64,000 bases of DNA from an uncultured Chloroflexia bacterium. GTDB taxonomy: Bacteria; Chloroflexota; Limnocylindria; Limnocylindrales; CSP1-4. How positions within the stretch are numbered: position 1 is the first letter of the stretch; each line of letters begins with the position of its first letter. This document shows, piece by piece, positions 1 through 10,042 of the stretch. The DNA lies in NCBI GenBank assembly GCA_963794525.1, contig CAWCEC010000004.1, positions 177,637-241,636 of the forward strand. The letters run 5' to 3'. The notes beneath the pieces were generated by a model. That model did not search any database and was not told the DNA's origin. It was given only the letters and a program-made list of their open reading frames with translations. The translations under genes were made by a program, and so were the position numbers.

Positions 1-2
1 CG

Positions 3-182
3 GCGGCCCAGGACGAGATCTACCATGAGCTGGCCAAGATCCTCAACGAGGACGTTCCGCAGGCGAACCTCTATTCGCCGAACCTGGTGATGGTGGCGTC
101 GAAGGGCCTGGGTGGCGGCTTCGACATCCACCTGAACGAGCGCGAGACGTTCATGGACGTGGAGGCGTGGACGCTGGAGTAG
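3..182 (+). CDS. C-terminus of ABC peptide/oligopeptide-type substrate-binding protein (5'-truncated by window edge)
   Basis: Open frame from base 3 reads AAQDEIYHELAKILNEDVPQANLYSPN...FMDVEAWTLE*. This resembles family-5 solute-binding protein C-termini and lies directly upstream of OppB/OppC-type permeases. Confidence 0.75.
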   Translation, partial: AAQDEIYHELAKILNEDVPQANLYSPNLVMVASKGLGGGFDIHLNERETFMDVEAWTLE

Positions 183-209
183 CGCACCTGCCTTCCGATC
201 GGATCACCA

Positions 210-240
210 GCGGCGCCCGCCGGAACCCGGCGGGCGCCGC
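210..240 (+). terminator. GC-rich stem-loop between substrate-binding and permease genes
   Basis: GCGGCGCCCGCCG-GAACC-CGGCGGGCGCCGC is a perfect 13-bp stem with no U-tract. This position is typical of mRNA-stabilising or attenuating hairpins in ABC operons. Confidence 0.6.
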
Positions 241-258
241 CATCTAGCCTGGGGTGTC

Positions 259-1229
259 GTGGGCGCCTACTTCCTCCGGCGTGTGCTCATCGCCATCCCG
301 GTCCTGATCGGGATCACGATCGCCGCGTTCTTCGTCCTGTCCGCGGCACCAGGGGATCCCGTCCTCGCGCGACTCGACCCGGAGGTGCTCTCCCGCCTGA
401 CGCCGGAAGACATCGAGGCCCGTCGTCGCGAGCTCGGCCTCGACCAGCCGGTCCCCATCCGCTACGCGCGGTGGCTCGGCGACGTCCTGCAGGGCAACCT
501 CGGGTATTCGATCGTCAGTGGACGGCCGATCGCGGTCGAGGTCGCCAATCGTTTCGGTCCGTCCCTGACCCTGATGCTCGCCGCGGCCATCATCGCCCTG
601 CTCGTCGGCATCCCGTTCGGCGTCGCCTCCGCGGTCAACCAATACGGCCGCCTCGACTACACCCTGTCCGGCTTCACGATCTTCTTGATCAGCACGCCCC
701 CCTTCCTGCTCGGTCTCGTGGCGCTGTACGTGTTCGGTGTGACACTCAAGGTCCTGCCCGTCGGGGAGCTGTTCACGTTCGGCAAGGAGCACGACCTGGT
801 CGACCGGGCCGCGCACATCGTCATGCCGGCGATGATCCTCGGCCTTGCCAACGCCGCTCTGCTGATGCGCTACACGCGCGCGAGCATGCTGGACGTCCTG
901 AGCAGCGACTACATCACGACCGCCCGCGCAAAGGGGCTGTCGGGCAGGATCGTCATGATCCGCCATGCCCTCCGGAATGCGTTGATCCCGATCATCACGA
1001 TCCTCGCGCTCATCCTGCCTGAGCTGATCGCGGGGCCGTGATCACCGAGACGGTGTTCAACTGGCCGGGCCTCGGTCAGCTCGCCGTCCGGGCCGCCAGA
1101 GACCGTGACCCCGCGTTGATGATGGGCGTCGTGCTGATCGTGGGGGTGTTCACCCTCGTCGCCAGCATCCTCGCCGACTTCGCCTACTCCGCCGTCGACC
1201 CACGGATCCGATATGTCCGTCCCCGCTGA
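259..1229 (+). pseudogene. OppB/DppB-type ABC permease, split by a 1-base deletion (ORFs 259-1041 and 1038-1229)
   Basis: N-terminal YFLRR, PGDP, EAA loop (TARAKGL...RHALRN). One extra G in the GGGG run at 1032-1035 restores LIAGAVITETVFNWPGLG...DPRIRY. Real pseudogene versus assembly error cannot be resolved. Confidence 0.85.
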
Positions 1230-2128
1230 GCTCCTGGCGCCCCTCGATCCGCAGCAGGTCGTTGCCGGCGACCATGAGAGCCTGGTCCGGCAGTCCGCTG
1301 CGACGGTTCCTGCGCCACCGGCTGGCGATCGTCGGACTCGTGATCCTCGTCGCGATCGTCGCGATCGCTGTGTTCCTGCCGTTCATCGTCCCGCTCGACC
1401 CGCTCGCGACCGATTACGGCGCGATCCGCCAGCCGCCTGGCGAGGGCCATCCCCTTGGTGCCGACCTGTCCGGACGCGACATCCTCGCGCGGGTCGTCCA
1501 TGGGACGAGGATCTCGCTCGTGGTCGGGTTCGGTGCGGTCGCCCTGTACATGCTGGTCGGTGCCACGCTCGGGATGGTGGCCGGGTTCAGCGGAGGGATC
1601 CGCGACCAGATCATCATGCGGTTCACCGACACGCTCCTGGCCATCCCGCTGATCCTGATGTGCATCGTGTTCATCTCGATCGTCGGGCCCGGTCTCACCT
1701 CGGTGATCGCGGTCATCGGCCTGCTGGGCTGGCCGCATACCACCCGGCTCGTCCGCGGTCAGCTGCTCTCGTTGCGCGAGGCGGAGTTCGTCACCGCCAG
1801 CCGGGTCGTGGGCACGAGCGACCGTGAGATCGCGGTGCGCCATCTCCTGCCGAACATCCTTGGTCCACTGACCGTCGTCGCGACGTTCGGTGTCGCCCAG
1901 GCGATCCTGCTGGAGGCGTCCCTGTCCTTCCTCGGGCTGGGTGTGCGACCGCCCGTCCCGAGCCTCGGCGAGATGATCAACGCGGCCACCGCGCCCTCCA
2001 CCCTGCAGGACCTGCCGTGGGTCTGGTTGCCACCTGGGATCGTGATCGCGTTGCTGGTCCTCGCCGTGAACTTCATCGGCGACGGGGTCCGCGACGCCCT
2101 CGATCCGAAGTCGACGAGGCGCGGTTGA
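1213..2128 (+). CDS. OppC/DppC-type ABC permease, probable +1 frameshift near its 5' end
   Basis: HPLGADLSGRD, EAA loop (EFVTASRVVG...RHLLPN), LSFLGLG, GDGVRDALDP. The ATG at 1213 is out of frame with the body; removing one C at 1295-1296 gives the typical ESLVRQSLRRFLRHRLA. Confidence 0.85.
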
Positions 2129-2165
2129 CCGGACGGCTGTCGACGCCGTGTCCAAGGAGGAATCG

Positions 2166-2621
2166 ATGCTGTACGCCTACATCTCGGGCCCGATCGTGAT
2201 CACTGCCGGCCACTGGATCCAGCGTGGCGTCGACACCGAATCGGGCGCACGGGTCGAGATCCGGCGCGTCGAATACGAGGACATCCCTGGTGCCCCGGCC
2301 GGCGTGGCCGGCCTGCGCTTCCTGCCGGTCGGCTCCGGGATCTGGCGGGCGGACCTGTTCCGCGATCAGCATGGGGACGTCATCTACCACTACCACCCGC
2401 AGTTCGAGAAGGGTGACGTCGGCGAGCGCTTCCTCGACGAACAGCTCACCGCGGACCCGGTCGGGTTCGTGCTCGATCGCCTGCGGGACCTGCGGACGGT
2501 CCTCGTCGGCAGTGGCGCCGGCGACATCGCCGATCAGGTCGACTACGCGGAGATCGAGCGTGCTCTGCCCGCGATCCGGGAGGCCATCGAAGCGTCGTTC
2601 GAACCGGGGGACGCCGGCTAG
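2166..2621 (+). CDS. Hypothetical protein (151 aa)
   Basis: AAGGAGG RBS before ATG 2166; globular composition with WRADLF and HYHP motifs; operonic position after the permeases. Confidence 0.7.
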   Translation: MLYAYISGPIVITAGHWIQRGVDTESGARVEIRRVEYEDIPGAPAGVAGLRFLPVGSGIWRADLFRDQHGDVIYHYHPQFEKGDVGERFLDEQLTADPVGFVLDRLRDLRTVLVGSGAGDIADQVDYAEIERALPAIREAIEASFEPGDAG

Positions 2622-3886
2622 GTGTAGCGTGCCCGCCCGCTCTCCGACGTGAGCTGACCACTGCGCACAAGCTCCGCCACTTCGCGGAGATCGGCGAGGT
2701 ATCCGTCGACGTAGGGCTCGTGCCCGGGTGACTGCATGTACCGAAGCGCCGGCACGGGGTGGCTGTCGGCGAACACGATCCAGCCGCGGGCCTCCATGCC
2801 CTTCCCGATGGCATAGATGTCGAGCGTGTCCGAGGTGACCGCGAAGACCGACATGTGGGGCTGGCCCATGACCCGCAGGCCGTCGATGGCCTCGATCCCG
2901 TCCCACCATCGGCGGAGGTACTTCATCGTCCGATCGGCGCGATCCATGTAGCCCTGCTCGCCGAGATAGGTCATGACCGCCCACGCGGCGGCGATCGAGC
3001 CGCCGGGGCGTGTCCCGGTCATGGACGGCGTCACGTACCAGTCGTCGGGGCGAGCGGGGCCTCCGAACCGGAACGGCTGGTTGTCGAAGATCTCGCGGTT
3101 GCGCGACATGATCACGGACGCGCCCTTCGCGGTGTACCCGAACTTGTGCAGATCGGCCGAGATCGTGGTCACGCCGGGGACGCGGAAGTCGAACTTCGGC
3201 ACCGGATAGCCGAGCTTCTCGGCGAACGGCAGGAAGAACCCACCGATGCAGCTGTCGACATGGAAGCCGATATCCCGTTCCGCGGCGAGCGGGGCGAGCT
3301 CCTCGATCGGGTCGACCATGCCGAGGGTCAGGCTGGGCGCCGATGCCACCAGCAGGACCGTGTTGGGGCCGATCGCCGCGCGGTAGGCCTCCTGGTCGAT
3401 CTGTTGGTCGGGCCCGAACCCGACGGGGATGACCCGCAGCCCGAAGTAGTGGGCGCCCTTCGTGAACGCCGGGTGCGCCGACTCCGGGACCACCATCTCG
3501 GGGGCGCTGATCTCGGGATGGAGCCGCCGCGCTCGATCGCGAGCGGACTTGACGCCCATCAGGATCGATTCGGAGCCGCCGGACGTGATGCTGCCGACCG
3601 CATCGGGGCCGTGGAACAGCCCCGCGGCGTAGTCGATCACCTCGCGCTCGAAACGAGCGAGGCTCGGGAACAGGTCGGGCAGCAGCCCGTTCGTCGAGAA
3701 GAACCGCAGGTAGGCCTCCTTGGCCACCTCGAGGACATCCTCGCCGGCAGGGTAGTTCGTCCCCACCGCCATGCGCCGCAGCCAGTCCGCGTCATCTGTC
3801 GCTGCCGCTTCCATCTCCGCCCGCAGCGCGTCCCGGTCGGTGCCTTCGTGTGGGAGGCGCACTCGCTCGTCGGTCGCGCTTGTCAC
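2618..3886 (-). CDS. PLP-dependent group II decarboxylase/aldolase, sphingosine-1-phosphate-lyase-like
   Basis: TSGGSESI, SAHPAFTKGAHYFG, HVDSCIGGF, ISADLHKFGYTAKGAS (PLP lysine), GTRPGG; GGAGGG RBS 5 nt before GTG 3886. Confidence 0.85.
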   Translation of the reverse strand: MTSATDERVRLPHEGTDRDALRAEMEAAATDDADWLRRMAVGTNYPAGEDVLEVAKEAYLRFFSTNGLLPDLFPSLARFEREVIDYAAGLFHGPDAVGSITSGGSESILMGVKSARDRARRLHPEISAPEMVVPESAHPAFTKGAHYFGLRVIPVGFGPDQQIDQEAYRAAIGPNTVLLVASAPSLTLGMVDPIEELAPLAAERDIGFHVDSCIGGFFLPFAEKLGYPVPKFDFRVPGVTTISADLHKFGYTAKGASVIMSRNREIFDNQPFRFGGPARPDDWYVTPSMTGTRPGGSIAAAWAVMTYLGEQGYMDRADRTMKYLRRWWDGIEAIDGLRVMGQPHMSVFAVTSDTLDIYAIGKGMEARGWIVFADSHPVPALRYMQSPGHEPYVDGYLADLREVAELVRSGQLTSESGRARYT

Positions 3887-3901
3887 AACTACCCTCCTGG
3901 A

Positions 3902-3929
3902 CGGATCGCGGATCGCGGATCGCGGATCT
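3902..3929. repeat. Heptamer tandem repeat (CGGATCG)x3 plus a degenerate fourth copy
   Basis: cggatcg cggatcg cggatcg cggatct lies between the palindromic operator and the RBS of the PLP enzyme gene. Confidence 0.8.
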
Positions 3930-3940
3930 CGGGCGGGCCC

Positions 3941-3957
3941 GATTGTCGACAATCTAC
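3941..3957. promoter_or_regulatory. Palindromic operator copy 1, GATTGTCGACAATC-TAC
   Basis: Perfect 14-bp palindrome plus TAC upstream of the PLP enzyme gene; the same motif recurs at 4585, 6346, 13481 and 16124. Confidence 0.75.
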
Positions 3958-3987
3958 GCTATCCCACGGCGTGATCACGTCGCGAGA

Positions 3988-4584
3988 TCAGGCATCGACC
4001 TCCCGGAAGACCTCGGCCAGCGCGACCAGCGCTGACGACAGCGGCCGGTCCAACCACGGTCGCCACACGTCGTTGGGGAATGGCGTGCCGTCGATCGATC
4101 GACCGTTCACGCTGGCCGACCACGCGCCTGCCTCCATGAGCACGGTCGAGCTGTCCCACGGTGGATCGGCCCCGACCCGGCCGGTCGCGACGATGGGCTT
4201 TCCCAACTCGCGCCAGGCGATCTCGACCCGCAGCCCGCCGGCGACGATCTCCCCCTCCAGGGCACCGTCCCGGATGGGTGTCCGCTCGAAGGTCGCCGCT
4301 ATCGCGCTGGCGTCGGGCTCGGCGAGCGGCCACGATCGCGGACTGAGGCGCCCGCGACGGGCCCGATCGAGGTCCGGCGCATCGGTGAGGATGGCTTCAC
4401 CGCCCAGAGCGGCCGGTGCTCGCATGAAGGCAAGGTTCCCGCCGGGCGTATCGGCCGAGTAGGCCACGCTGTACCAGCTCAGGACGAAGGTCGGGTCGTC
4501 GCCCGAGCCGGGCTCCCGGAGCGCGAGGACGAGGTGGTCCGCGACGAGCGCAAGCCGCCCCGGGAGGACCTTCGCGATGCCCAC
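3988..4584 (-). CDS. Hypothetical protein (198 aa, beta-rich)
   Basis: Fills the gap between two minus-strand enzyme genes. GTG start lies 6 nt after a TAGATT -10-like hexamer. No family recognised. Confidence 0.65.
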   Translation of the reverse strand: MGIAKVLPGRLALVADHLVLALREPGSGDDPTFVLSWYSVAYSADTPGGNLAFMRAPAALGGEAILTDAPDLDRARRGRLSPRSWPLAEPDASAIAATFERTPIRDGALEGEIVAGGLRVEIAWRELGKPIVATGRVGADPPWDSSTVLMEAGAWSASVNGRSIDGTPFPNDVWRPWLDRPLSSALVALAEVFREVDA

Positions 4585-4597
4585 GTCGACAATCTAC
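4585..4597. promoter_or_regulatory. Operator copy 2 (GTCGACAATCTAC) overlapping a stop codon and a -10-like hexamer
   Basis: The minus strand reads CTG TAG ATT GTCGAC GTG. TAG is the stop of the ThDP gene, TAGATT fits TANNNT, and GTG starts the next gene. Confidence 0.6.
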
Positions 4598-6244
4598 AGG
4601 CCGGTGTCTCCCGGCAGCGAGAGGGCGAGCTCCTGCGAGGTGATGAACTCCAGGAGGGCGGGCGTCCCGTTCTCGGTCGCCGCGACGGCGCGCCGGATCG
4701 CGGGGACGATCTCGCCGGGCGCCGTGACCCGCTCGCCGTAGCCGCCCAGGGCTCGGGCGATCGCGGCGCAATCGCCCCCGATGTCCGTGCTCCGATAGCG
4801 CTCGGTGGCGATGGGCATGATCGGCAGCTCGATCGCCATCGAGAAGTTGTTCAGCACCACGGTGAGGATCGGGATCCGCTCGCGCACCGCGGTCTCGAAG
4901 TCGAGCCCGGTGAAGCCGAAGGCCGCGTCACCCATCACGTTGATGCACAGCCGGTCCGGGTGGGCGAGCTTGGCGCCCATCGCCAGCCCCAGGCCGTACC
5001 CGAGCTGGGTGGTCTTGCCCCAGCCGATGTACGACAGCGGTTCCGTGGCCGGCCAGAACGGCGAGAGCTGGTCGCGAGGGCTGCCGGCGTCATGAGTGAT
5101 GATCGTGCGAGCGATATCCACCGTCGCCGCGAGATCCGAGATGACCCGGTAGGGCGTCAACGGGACCTCGTCCGAGCGGAGCTTGGACGTCCACTCGGAT
5201 CGCCACGCATCGTTGAGGCTCGCGATGCGCGACGCGATCGTCGTCGCGCGCTCCGTGCGTGGCGTCGGCGATCGTTCGGTGGCGCACTCGATCAGGGCGT
5301 CGAGCACGAGCGCCGCGTCGCCGACGATCGCGATCTCGGCGGGCACACCCTGATCGAGATCGCCGGCGTCAGCCGTGGCGTGGATGTAGCGCTTGCCGGC
5401 CGGCCAGCCGATCCCGTACCCGGTCGGGGTAAAGCTGCAGCCGATGCCAAGCACGACATCCGCCTCGGCCACGAACGTATCGAGCGCACGAGACACCGTC
5501 CGACCGCCAGATCCGAGCGACAACGGATGGGTTTCCGGGAAGGCGCTCTTGCCCTGGAGGCTCGTCGTCACCGGGACGCCGAGCAGCTCGGCGAGGGCAC
5601 GCAAGCCATCCCAGGCCTGGGCGTAGTGGACGCCCTGGCCCGCGTAGATGACCGGTCGATCGGCCGCCATGAGCAGGTCGACCGCCGATTTCGATCGCCA
5701 TCGGATCGGGTGCCGATCGGGCTCGGACCGCCGGTCGATAGCCGTCCGGTGGCTCGACCTCGTCGTCGTACGCGTCCCAAGGGATCTCCACGAGGACCGG
5801 TCGAGGCCGGCCGTTGCGCACCTGCGCGAAGGCTCGACGCATGGTGTCGGGGAGGGCCCGCGAGACCCGGAGCTCGTCGGCCCATTTCGTGATCGGGCGA
5901 TACGCCTCGACGGCCCGGAAGTTCTGGGCGATGCCCATGTCCCGTCGGTCGTGACCGGCCGGCAGGAGGAGGATCGGGACGGAGTCGGCGTACGCCTGGG
6001 CCACGCCACCGAACGAGTTCTCGGCCCCTGGCCCCGACTGCATCGTGAACACGCCGATGCGCTGGCCCGATGTGACCCGGCTCATGGCGTCGGCCATGTG
6101 GATGCCGGTGCGCTCCTGGCGAACGATGATCGGCCGGATGCCGACCGCGGCTGCGGCCTCGATCAACGGGTTGACCGGGTACCCGATCAGCAACTCGACG
6201 CCCTCATGGGCCAGGATGCGGGCGAGGGCGTCGGCGACCCTCAA
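4594..6244 (-). pseudogene. ThDP-dependent enzyme (acetolactate-synthase-like superfamily), split by a +1 frameshift at ~5690
   Basis: N-half RQERTGIHMADA, GPGAEN, RPRPVLVEIP; C-half GWGKTTQLGYGLG and the ThDP motif GDAAFG...VLNN. Removing one A from the minus-strand AAA at 5689-5691 joins the frames (IESAVDLL). TTG start at 6244. Confidence 0.85.
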
Positions 6245-6345
6245 CGATACGGGACAGCAGGGCCTGCGGCTGGAGCGGCCGGAGCGGCCGTCTGCGCCAC
6301 CGTCACGTCTGCCTCCATGCACCGTCGACCAGCCCGGCACCCGCG

Positions 6346-6362
6346 GATTGTCGACAATCTAC
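6346..6362. promoter_or_regulatory. Palindromic operator copy 3, GATTGTCGACAATC-TAC
   Basis: Perfect 14-bp palindrome in the divergent gap between the ThDP gene and the CocE/NonD gene. Confidence 0.75.
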
Positions 6363-6412
6363 GCCATCCGGCCGCACGCTCACCATGGCTGCTGAACTCG
6401 ACAAGGCACGAC

Positions 6413-8434
6413 ATGCACGTCCTCAGGGATCTCCCACGCCCGATCAAGGAGATCGAGAATCTCTGGATCCCGCTCGCCGACGGTGAGCGGATGGCCGCTC
6501 GCGTGTTCCTTCCACGCGACGCGATGACCGAGCCGGTCCCCGCCATCGTCGAATACAACCCTTATCGCAAGCGCGATCTCACCGCCGTCAACAACGAGCC
6601 GTTCCATGGGTATCTCGCAGGCCACGGCTTTGCCGGCGTTCGACTGGAGATCCGCGGCTCCGGTGAATCTGACGGCATCCTTCGCGATGAGTACCTGGCC
6701 CAGGAACTCGCGGATGGGGTGGAGGCCATCGCGTGGCTCGCCCGCCAGCCGTGGTGCAGCGGGAAGGTCGGGCTGATCGGCAACTCGTGGTCCGGATTCA
6801 ACGCCCTCCAGATCGCCGCCCTCCGGCCGCCCGAGCTGGGCGCGATCGTCACGTCGTGCTCCACCGACGACCGCTACGCCGACGACATGCACTACATGGG
6901 CGGCTGCCTGCTCACCGACACGCTGGACTGGGGAGCGATGTTCCAGGCCCTCCTGGCCCTGCCGCCCGACCCCGCCCTCGTCGGCGAGCGATGGCGCGAC
7001 ATGTGGCGAGGGCGCATGGCCGAGGTGTCGGTACCCATCGGATCGTGGCTTCGGCACCAGCGGCGTGACGAATTCTGGCGCCACGGGTCCGTCATCGAAG
7101 ACTACTCGGCGATCGAGGTCCCGGTCCTGGCCGTCGGCGGCTGGCTCGATGGATACTCGAACGCCATCCCACGGCTGCTCGGGGGCCTGGGCGTTCCCCG
7201 CCGGGCGGTCATCGGGCCGTGGGCGCACGCGTACCCGCACCTGGCGGTGCCGGGACCCGGCTACGACTTCCTGGCCGACGTCGTCCGCTGGTTCGACCAC
7301 TGGCTCAAGGGTGTCGACCGCGGAGCGATGGAAGGCCCGATGCTCCGGGCCTGGATGGCCGAGGCCCTTCCGGCTCGCCCGTTCTACTCGACCGCACCCG
7401 GCCGCTGGATCGGCGAGGACGAGTGGCCATCGCCACGGATCGAGCGACGACACTGGTTCCTCCGAGCCGGCCGGCTCGCTGACGCGCCCGGGGATGCCGT
7501 GGTTGCCTGGGCGTCGCCCCGGGTCACCGGCCTGGCGGGCGGCGAGTGGTGCCCGTACGGCACCGGCGGGCGCGGGCCGGAGTTTCCCGGCGACCAGCGC
7601 GAGGACGACGGCCGGTCGCTGACATGGGACTCCCCTCCGCTCGACGGTCGGCTCGAGATCCTCGGGGCTCCGGTCGTGACGCTCGCCCTCTCGGTCGATC
7701 GACCATCCGCCTTCGTCGCGGTCCGGCTGTGCGATGTCGCGCCCGACGGGGCATCGACGAGGGTGACGTTCGGTGTGCTGAACCTCACCCACCGCGATGG
7801 TCACGCGGCGCCCCGCCCGATGGTGCCCGGTGAGCCGACGACGATCCGGGTGCAACTCAACGACGTGGCGTACGCGTTCCTGCCGGGCCACCATGTGCGT
7901 CTCGCGCTGTCGACGGACTACTGGCCCATGGTCTGGCCATCGCCGGAGGCAGTCACCGTGACCGTGCAGGAAGGGCCGTCGACACTGGAGCTGCCGGTGC
8001 GACCTCCACGGCCGGAAGATGCGGCGCTTGCGGACCTGGGCGAGCCCACGTGGGGGCCGCCGGCGCCCGTCACGGAGTTACGTGCCGGCGCCTGGAGCCG
8101 CGAGGTGCGCCACGACGCGGGAAGCGGCGAATCGTCGGTCACCAACAGCGTCGCTGGACCGCTCAGTCACCTCGACCGTACCGGCCGGGCGATCGCGCTC
8201 TCGGGCTTCGACCGATCGACCATCGGGGCCGACGATCCGACGTCGGCACGTGCGGAGAGCCGGCGCGAGTTCGAGATCGTGCGCGATGGCGTCACGATCC
8301 GGGTCACGGCCGAGCTCGATCTGACGTGCACGACCCAAACCTTCGGACTGGTGGTCAGGATGGCCGCGCACGAGGACGACGAGTCGATCTGGGCGCGAGA
8401 GTGGGAGGTCGACATCCCACGCGACCACCTGTGA
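6413..8434 (+). CDS. CocE/NonD-family alpha/beta hydrolase (Xaa-Pro dipeptidyl-peptidase-like)
   Basis: PYRKRD, RGSGESDG, nucleophile motif GNSWSG, GGWLDGY, GPWAH, C-terminal jelly-roll segment (GAPVVTL...VRLCDVAPDG...RLALSTDYWP). Confidence 0.9.
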   Translation: MHVLRDLPRPIKEIENLWIPLADGERMAARVFLPRDAMTEPVPAIVEYNPYRKRDLTAVNNEPFHGYLAGHGFAGVRLEIRGSGESDGILRDEYLAQELADGVEAIAWLARQPWCSGKVGLIGNSWSGFNALQIAALRPPELGAIVTSCSTDDRYADDMHYMGGCLLTDTLDWGAMFQALLALPPDPALVGERWRDMWRGRMAEVSVPIGSWLRHQRRDEFWRHGSVIEDYSAIEVPVLAVGGWLDGYSNAIPRLLGGLGVPRRAVIGPWAHAYPHLAVPGPGYDFLADVVRWFDHWLKGVDRGAMEGPMLRAWMAEALPARPFYSTAPGRWIGEDEWPSPRIERRHWFLRAGRLADAPGDAVVAWASPRVTGLAGGEWCPYGTGGRGPEFPGDQREDDGRSLTWDSPPLDGRLEILGAPVVTLALSVDRPSAFVAVRLCDVAPDGASTRVTFGVLNLTHRDGHAAPRPMVPGEPTTIRVQLNDVAYAFLPGHHVRLALSTDYWPMVWPSPEAVTVTVQEGPSTLELPVRPPRPEDAALADLGEPTWGPPAPVTELRAGAWSREVRHDAGSGESSVTNSVAGPLSHLDRTGRAIALSGFDRSTIGADDPTSARAESRREFEIVRDGVTIRVTAELDLTCTTQTFGLVVRMAAHEDDESIWAREWEVDIPRDHL

Positions 8435-8458
8435 TGGAGCTCGCCGCCCACGAGACGG

Positions 8459-10042
8459 TCAGAGCGACCGCCCCGTCCGGGCTCCCGTAGACCGACCGTC
8501 GATCACGGCCCATGTCCCGTTGACCATGACGCGGTCGATCCCCGACGGCCGCGCCGCCGGGTCTGCTTCGGTCGCCCGGTTGCCGATCGTCGCGGGATCG
8601 AAGACGACCAGGTCCGCTGCGAGTCCCGCTGCCAGGCGTCCGCGGTCGTCCAGCCCGAGCCGTCGGGCCGGCTCGGCGGTGATCTTGCGGACGGCCTCTT
8701 CGATGGTCAGGACGCCACGGTCGCGGACATACGACCCGAGCACCCGCGGGAACGTCCCGAAGCTCTTGGGCATGAGTCCGTAGGCGCGGTGCTTCTCGGG
8801 GTGGTTGGCGAACCCGTCACCGATCGGCACGCACAGCGGACTCGCGATGAGTCGGTCGAGGTGGCCCTGGTCCTTGATCGTCGGCGCGATCCAGAACTGG
8901 CCGTCCTCGAGCACGAGGTCGAGGGCGGTCTCGATCGGTGGCCGGCCCCGTTCTCGGGCGATCTCGCCGATCGACCGACCGGCGAGGCTCGCGTTCTCGG
9001 GGCGATTGACCTTGCAGATGACCTGATCGTCCCAATCCGCCATCCAGAAGTCGGCGTCGGGTCCGGTCAGGAACGCGACGAGCCGGGCACGCGATGCCGG
9101 ATCGCGGATGGCCGCATCGGTGGCCGCGCTTCCGCCGTCGCGCGCCCAGCCCGGGAGGGACTGGACCAACGCCCCGCCGCCGCGGTTGAAGATCGTCAGG
9201 TCGAACGTCACCTCGACGCCGCGACCGCGAGCATCGTCCAGCATCGCCAGCAAGGCGTCGGCTTCCTCGAGCGGCTGGTTCGCGCGCGGGTACATGTGCG
9301 AGATGTTGAGGATGACGCCGGCGCGCTCGGCGGTGTCGAGCGCCTCCCGCACCGAGCCGCGGACGTCGAGGTCGCCGTAGCGCATGTGGGTGTGATAGGT
9401 GAGGCCGCGCTCGGCCGCGACGCCGGCCAGGGCCGCGAGCTCGTCGACCGTCGCGAACAGGCCGGGTGCATAGGACAGGCCGGTCGTGAACCCTCGAGCG
9501 CCCTGGTCGATGGCCTCCCGGACGAGAGACCGCATCCGTTCGAGCTCGGCGGGCGTGGGCGGCCGGTTCGCGCCACCGATCACGAACCGCCGCAACGTGT
9601 TGTGACCGACGAACGTCGTGACGTTCGTCGCCGGCCGTGCGTCGGCGACGGCCTCGCGATAGCCGCCGATCGTGGTCCAGGTCCAGTCGACGCCGGGGAA
9701 GGCGAAGACCGGCTCCTCGTCGATCATGCCCGCGAGGCTGTCCGACGAGAGCGGCCCGGCCGAGAAGCCGCACAGGCCGACCGCCTGGGTGGTGATCCCC
9801 TGCTCGATCGCGCTGAGGCACCCCGGATCACTGAGCAGGGAGACGTCCGAGTGGGTGTGGAGGTCGATGAACCCCGGCGCGACCGCCCGCCCGCCGACGT
9901 CGATCTCCTCGCGTGCCAGCCCGGCCGGCACGGACGCACCGACGGAGACGATCCGGTCGCCGACGATCCCGATGTCGCCCCGGACCGAGGGCCCGCCCGT
10001 CCCGTCGTACAGCTGCGCGTTGCGAAGGACGACGTCGATCAC
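8459..10042 (-). CDS. N-acyl-D-amino-acid deacylase (amidohydrolase superfamily)
   Basis: PGFIDLHTHSD, FVGHNTLR, GLSYAPG, HTHMR, GTFPRVLG, GLAADLVVFDP; GTGA overlap with the GNAT stop. Confidence 0.9.
   Translation of the reverse strand: MIDVVLRNAQLYDGTGGPSVRGDIGIVGDRIVSVGASVPAGLAREEIDVGGRAVAPGFIDLHTHSDVSLLSDPGCLSAIEQGITTQAVGLCGFSAGPLSSDSLAGMIDEEPVFAFPGVDWTWTTIGGYREAVADARPATNVTTFVGHNTLRRFVIGGANRPPTPAELERMRSLVREAIDQGARGFTTGLSYAPGLFATVDELAALAGVAAERGLTYHTHMRYGDLDVRGSVREALDTAERAGVILNISHMYPRANQPLEEADALLAMLDDARGRGVEVTFDLTIFNRGGGALVQSLPGWARDGGSAATDAAIRDPASRARLVAFLTGPDADFWMADWDDQVICKVNRPENASLAGRSIGEIARERGRPPIETALDLVLEDGQFWIAPTIKDQGHLDRLIASPLCVPIGDGFANHPEKHRAYGLMPKSFGTFPRVLGSYVRDRGVLTIEEAVRKITAEPARRLGLDDRGRLAAGLAADLVVFDPATIGNRATEADPAARPSGIDRVMVNGTWAVIDGRSTGARTGRSL

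Noticed and set aside
1030-1042. Programmed ribosomal frameshifting as the explanation for the split genes
   Set aside because: No X XXY YYZ slippery heptamer occurs at any of the four sites, and these families are not known to use recoding.
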